This document shows positions 61,338 to 64,000 of a stretch of DNA of 64,000 nucleotides, in pieces. Position numbers and translations under genes: made by a program. The first letter of the stretch is position 1; each line of letters begins with the position of its first letter. Source of the DNA: Sulfuritalea sp. GTDB taxonomy: Bacteria > Pseudomonadota > Gammaproteobacteria > Burkholderiales > Rhodocyclaceae. The notes under the pieces are model-generated. The model had not been told where the DNA came from. It searched no databases and was given only the letters and a program-made list of their open reading frames with translations. The stretch is taken from positions 4,664 through 68,663 of the forward strand of contig JAXMJU010000179.1 in assembly GCA_034376265.1 (NCBI GenBank), read 5' to 3'.

Positions 61338-62230
61338 GCAGCATCAAGAGCACGCGAGGCATCATCCTCGCCGGCGGCTCGGGCACGCGGCTGCATCCGG
61401 TCACGCTGGCCGTGTCCAAGCAACTGCTGCCGATCTACGACAAGCCGATGATCTACTACCCGCTGACCACGCTGATGCTGGCCGGCATCCGCGAAATCCT
61501 GCTGATCTCGACGCCGGCGGACACGCCGCGCTTCGAACAGTTGCTGGGCGACGGCTCACAATGGGGCATAAGTATCCAGTACGCGGTGCAGCCCAGCCCC
61601 GACGGCCTGGCGCAGGCCTTCATCATCGGCCGCGATTTCGTCGGCGATCATCCGTCGGCGCTGGTGCTGGGCGACAACCTGTTCTACGGCCATGATTTCG
61701 CGATCCAGTTGCAGCAGGCGGCAAGAGTTGGCGCTGGCGCCACGGTGTTCGCCTACGCCGTGAGCGATCCGGAGCGCTACGGCGTGGTCGAGTTCGACGC
61801 GACGGGACGCGCCATCAGCATCGAGGAAAAACCCAGGGCGCCGAAGTCGCGCTATGCCGTGACCGGGCTGTACTTCTACGACAAGCAGGTCTGCGACATC
61901 GCCGCCCGGCTCAAGCCTTCGCCGCGCGGCGAACTGGAAATCACCGACCTCAACCGGATTTATCTCGAACGCGGCCAGCTCAAGGTCGAGATCATGGGCC
62001 GCGGCATGGCCTGGCTCGACACCGGTACCCACGAATCGCTGCTCGAAGCCGGCCAGTTCATCGAGGTCATCGAGAAGCGCCAGGGCCTCAAGGTGGCCTG
62101 CCCCGAGGAAGTCGCCTGGCGCCAGAAATGGATAGACGACGCGCAACTGGCCAGGCTCGCGGAACCGCTGGCCAAGAGCCAGTATGGTCAGTACCTGCAG
62201 AATCTGCTGACGCAGGAGGTGCGCGGATGA
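61334..62230 (+). CDS. rfbA: Glucose-1-phosphate thymidylyltransferase
   Basis: [38 protein letters not shown]. Confidence 0.97.
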   Translation: MSSIKSTRGIILAGGSGTRLHPVTLAVSKQLLPIYDKPMIYYPLTTLMLAGIREILLISTPADTPRFEQLLGDGSQWGISIQYAVQPSPDGLAQAFIIGRDFVGDHPSALVLGDNLFYGHDFAIQLQQAARVGAGATVFAYAVSDPERYGVVEFDATGRAISIEEKPRAPKSRYAVTGLYFYDKQVCDIAARLKPSPRGELEITDLNRIYLERGQLKVEIMGRGMAWLDTGTHESLLEAGQFIEVIEKRQGLKVACPEEVAWRQKWIDDAQLARLAEPLAKSQYGQYLQNLLTQEVRG

Positions 62231-62769
62231 AGGCCATCCCCACCGCGATCCCCGATGTACTGCTGCTGGAACCCAAGGTATTCGGCGACGAACGCGGCTA
62301 CTTCTACGAGAGCTGGAACAAGCGGACCTTCGCCGAGCTCGGCATAGCTGCGGATTTCGTCCAGGACAACCACTCCAAGTCGCAGCGGAATGTCCTGCGC
62401 GGCCTGCATTACCAGATCGAACACGCCCAGGGCAAGCTGATCCGCGTCACCGCAGGTTCCGTCTATGACGTGGCGGTCGATCTGCGCCGCTCCTCGCCGA
62501 GCTTCGGCCAGTGGGTGGCTTTCACGCTGTCCGCCGCGGACAAACGCATGGCCTGGATACCCCCGGGCTTCGCCCACGGCTTCTGCGTCACCTCGGAATC
62601 GGCCGAGTTCCTCTACAAGACCACCGACTACTGGAGTCCGGCGCACGACCGCACGCTGCTGTGGAACGACCCGCAACTCGCGATTCCCTGGCCGCTGACG
62701 GGAGAGCCGCTCCTGGCGGCCAAGGACGTGGCCGGTACGCCCTTGGCCCAGGCGGAAACCTTCGCATGA
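62227..62769 (+). CDS. rfbC: dTDP-4-dehydrorhamnose 3,5-epimerase
   Basis: FGDERG; QDNHS; LRGLH; PGFAHGF. Confidence 0.97.
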   Translation: MKAIPTAIPDVLLLEPKVFGDERGYFYESWNKRTFAELGIAADFVQDNHSKSQRNVLRGLHYQIEHAQGKLIRVTAGSVYDVAVDLRRSSPSFGQWVAFTLSAADKRMAWIPPGFAHGFCVTSESAEFLYKTTDYWSPAHDRTLLWNDPQLAIPWPLTGEPLLAAKDVAGTPLAQAETFA

Positions 62770-63632
62770 GAATCCTGCTCACCGGCGCCGCCGGGCAATT
62801 GGGGCGCGAACTGAAGCGCTCGCTGGCCTGCTTGGGCGAAGTGATCGCCCGCGACCGTCAGCAACTCGACCTGGCCCAGGCCGACACCTTGCGCGCGGCC
62901 GTGCGCACCGCAGCGCCTGCTGTGATCGTCAATGCCGCCGCCTATACCGCGGTGGACAAGGCCGAGACCGAGCCGGCTGTGGCCGACGCGATCAATGCCC
63001 TGGCCCCCGCCATCCTCGCCGAGGAAGCGAAACGGCTCGGCGCCCTGCTGATCCATTATTCGACCGATTACGTCTTCGACGGCCGCAAGGCCGCTGCCTA
63101 CACCGAAGACGACGCGCCAAACCCGCTGGCCGCCTATGGCCACAGCAAGCTCGCCGGCGAACTCGCGATTGAAGCGGCGGATTGCCGCCACCTGATTTTC
63201 CGCACCAGCTGGGTCTACGGCCTGCACGGCGTGAATTTCCTGAAAACCATGCTGCGCCTGGGCCAAGAGCGAGACGAACTGCGTGTGGTCGACGACCAGT
63301 TCGGCGCCCCGACCTGGACCCGCCATCTGGCCGATGCAACGGCCCTGATCCTCGCCCGCAGGGAAGTTCCCGACGGCCTTTATCATCTCGCCGGAGCCGG
63401 CGAAACCAGCTGGCACGGCTATGCCGAAGCCATTTTCGCCGAGGCGCAACGCAACGGCCTGATGGACAAAGCGCCCGTGGTGCACCGTATCGCCAGCGCC
63501 AACTATCCACTGCCCGCGCCGCGGCCCGCCAATTCGCGGCTGGACTGCGCGAAATTCCGGCGCGACTTCGACCTGGCCCTGCCCGACTGGCGCACCGGCC
63601 TCGCCGACTGCCTCGCCGATACGCGCTTCTAA
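62766..63632 (+). CDS. rfbD: dTDP-4-dehydrorhamnose reductase
   Basis: GAAGQLG; NAAAYTAVD; STDYVFDG; YGHSK. Confidence 0.96.
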   Translation: MRILLTGAAGQLGRELKRSLACLGEVIARDRQQLDLAQADTLRAAVRTAAPAVIVNAAAYTAVDKAETEPAVADAINALAPAILAEEAKRLGALLIHYSTDYVFDGRKAAAYTEDDAPNPLAAYGHSKLAGELAIEAADCRHLIFRTSWVYGLHGVNFLKTMLRLGQERDELRVVDDQFGAPTWTRHLADATALILARREVPDGLYHLAGAGETSWHGYAEAIFAEAQRNGLMDKAPVVHRIASANYPLPAPRPANSRLDCAKFRRDFDLALPDWRTGLADCLADTRF

Positions 63633-63656
63633 GAACTTTCATTCCTACAACGACTC

Positions 63657-64000
63657 ATGGCTGTCACCCCCACCTACGACGAATCCTCCTTCCGCGTCCT
63701 CAAGGGACTGGAGCCGGTGCGCGAACGCCCCGGCATGTACACCCGCACCGACTCGCCGGCGCACATCATCCAGGAAGTCATCGACAACTCGGCCGACGAA
63801 GCGCTCGGCGGCCATGCCAAGAACCTGCACGTGCTGCTGCATCTGGACGGCTCGATCACGGTCACCGATGACGGCCGCGGCATCCCGGTCGGCCTCCATC
63901 CCGACGAAAAAGTCCCCGTGGTGGTGCTGGCCTTCACCCGGCTGCATGCCGGCGGCAAGTTCGACAAGAGCTCCGGCAATTCCGCCTACGCCTTTTCCGG
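63657..64000 (+). CDS. parE: DNA topoisomerase IV subunit B (5' part, runs off the window)
   Basis: Manual translation MAVTPTYDESSFRVLKGLEPVRERPGMY..EVIDNSADEA..DDGRGIP..LHAGGKF; not in ORF track. Confidence 0.93.
   Translation, partial: MAVTPTYDESSFRVLKGLEPVRERPGMYTRTDSPAHIIQEVIDNSADEALGGHAKNLHVLLHLDGSITVTDDGRGIPVGLHPDEKVPVVVLAFTRLHAGGKFDKSSGNSAYAFS

Noticed and set aside
1..64000. CRISPR array, prophage, rRNA or defence system
   Set aside because: No repeat-spacer pattern or recognisable phage, cas, rRNA or defence genes seen

Overview
GC-rich betaproteobacterial chromosome segment; gene content and order suggest Rhodocyclales/Sterolibacteriaceae (Sulfuritalea/Azoarcus-like), which is an inference. 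Positions 1-19.5 kb hold a dense c-type cytochrome locus with at least 37 CxxCH motifs in 12 genes. It contains three proteins with the motif pattern of Geobacter OmcE-type filament cytochromes: a putative major subunit with its own sigma54 promoter and terminator, a paralog lacking the CxxCHxxH histidine, and a longer multiheme protein that runs off the left edge and is missing from the ORF track. It also encodes a SurA/PpiC foldase, a 777-aa outer-membrane beta-barrel, four c7-type triheme domains in mirror order, three NHL/beta-propeller lipoproteins, His/Met class I cytochromes and a heme-c sensor diguanylate cyclase. Together this looks like a cytochrome nanowire / extracellular electron transfer assembly system. 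The rest is mostly core genome: lysC, queD, acyl-CoA metabolism genes, tRNA-Ser, yccA, rlmD, a decayed IS that rewrote the C-terminus of a Sel1 gene, wecA, nfeD-slipin, tRNA-Pro, dksA, the rimP-nusA-infB-rbfA-truB-rpsO-pnp operon, rluB-scpB-scpA-trpS, a site-2 protease frameshifted at a G9 run, a 2-aminobenzoyl-CoA (abm-like) catabolic cluster lacking its ligase and regulator, rfbBACD and the start of parE. Family assignments come from motif recognition by eye; no database search was run.
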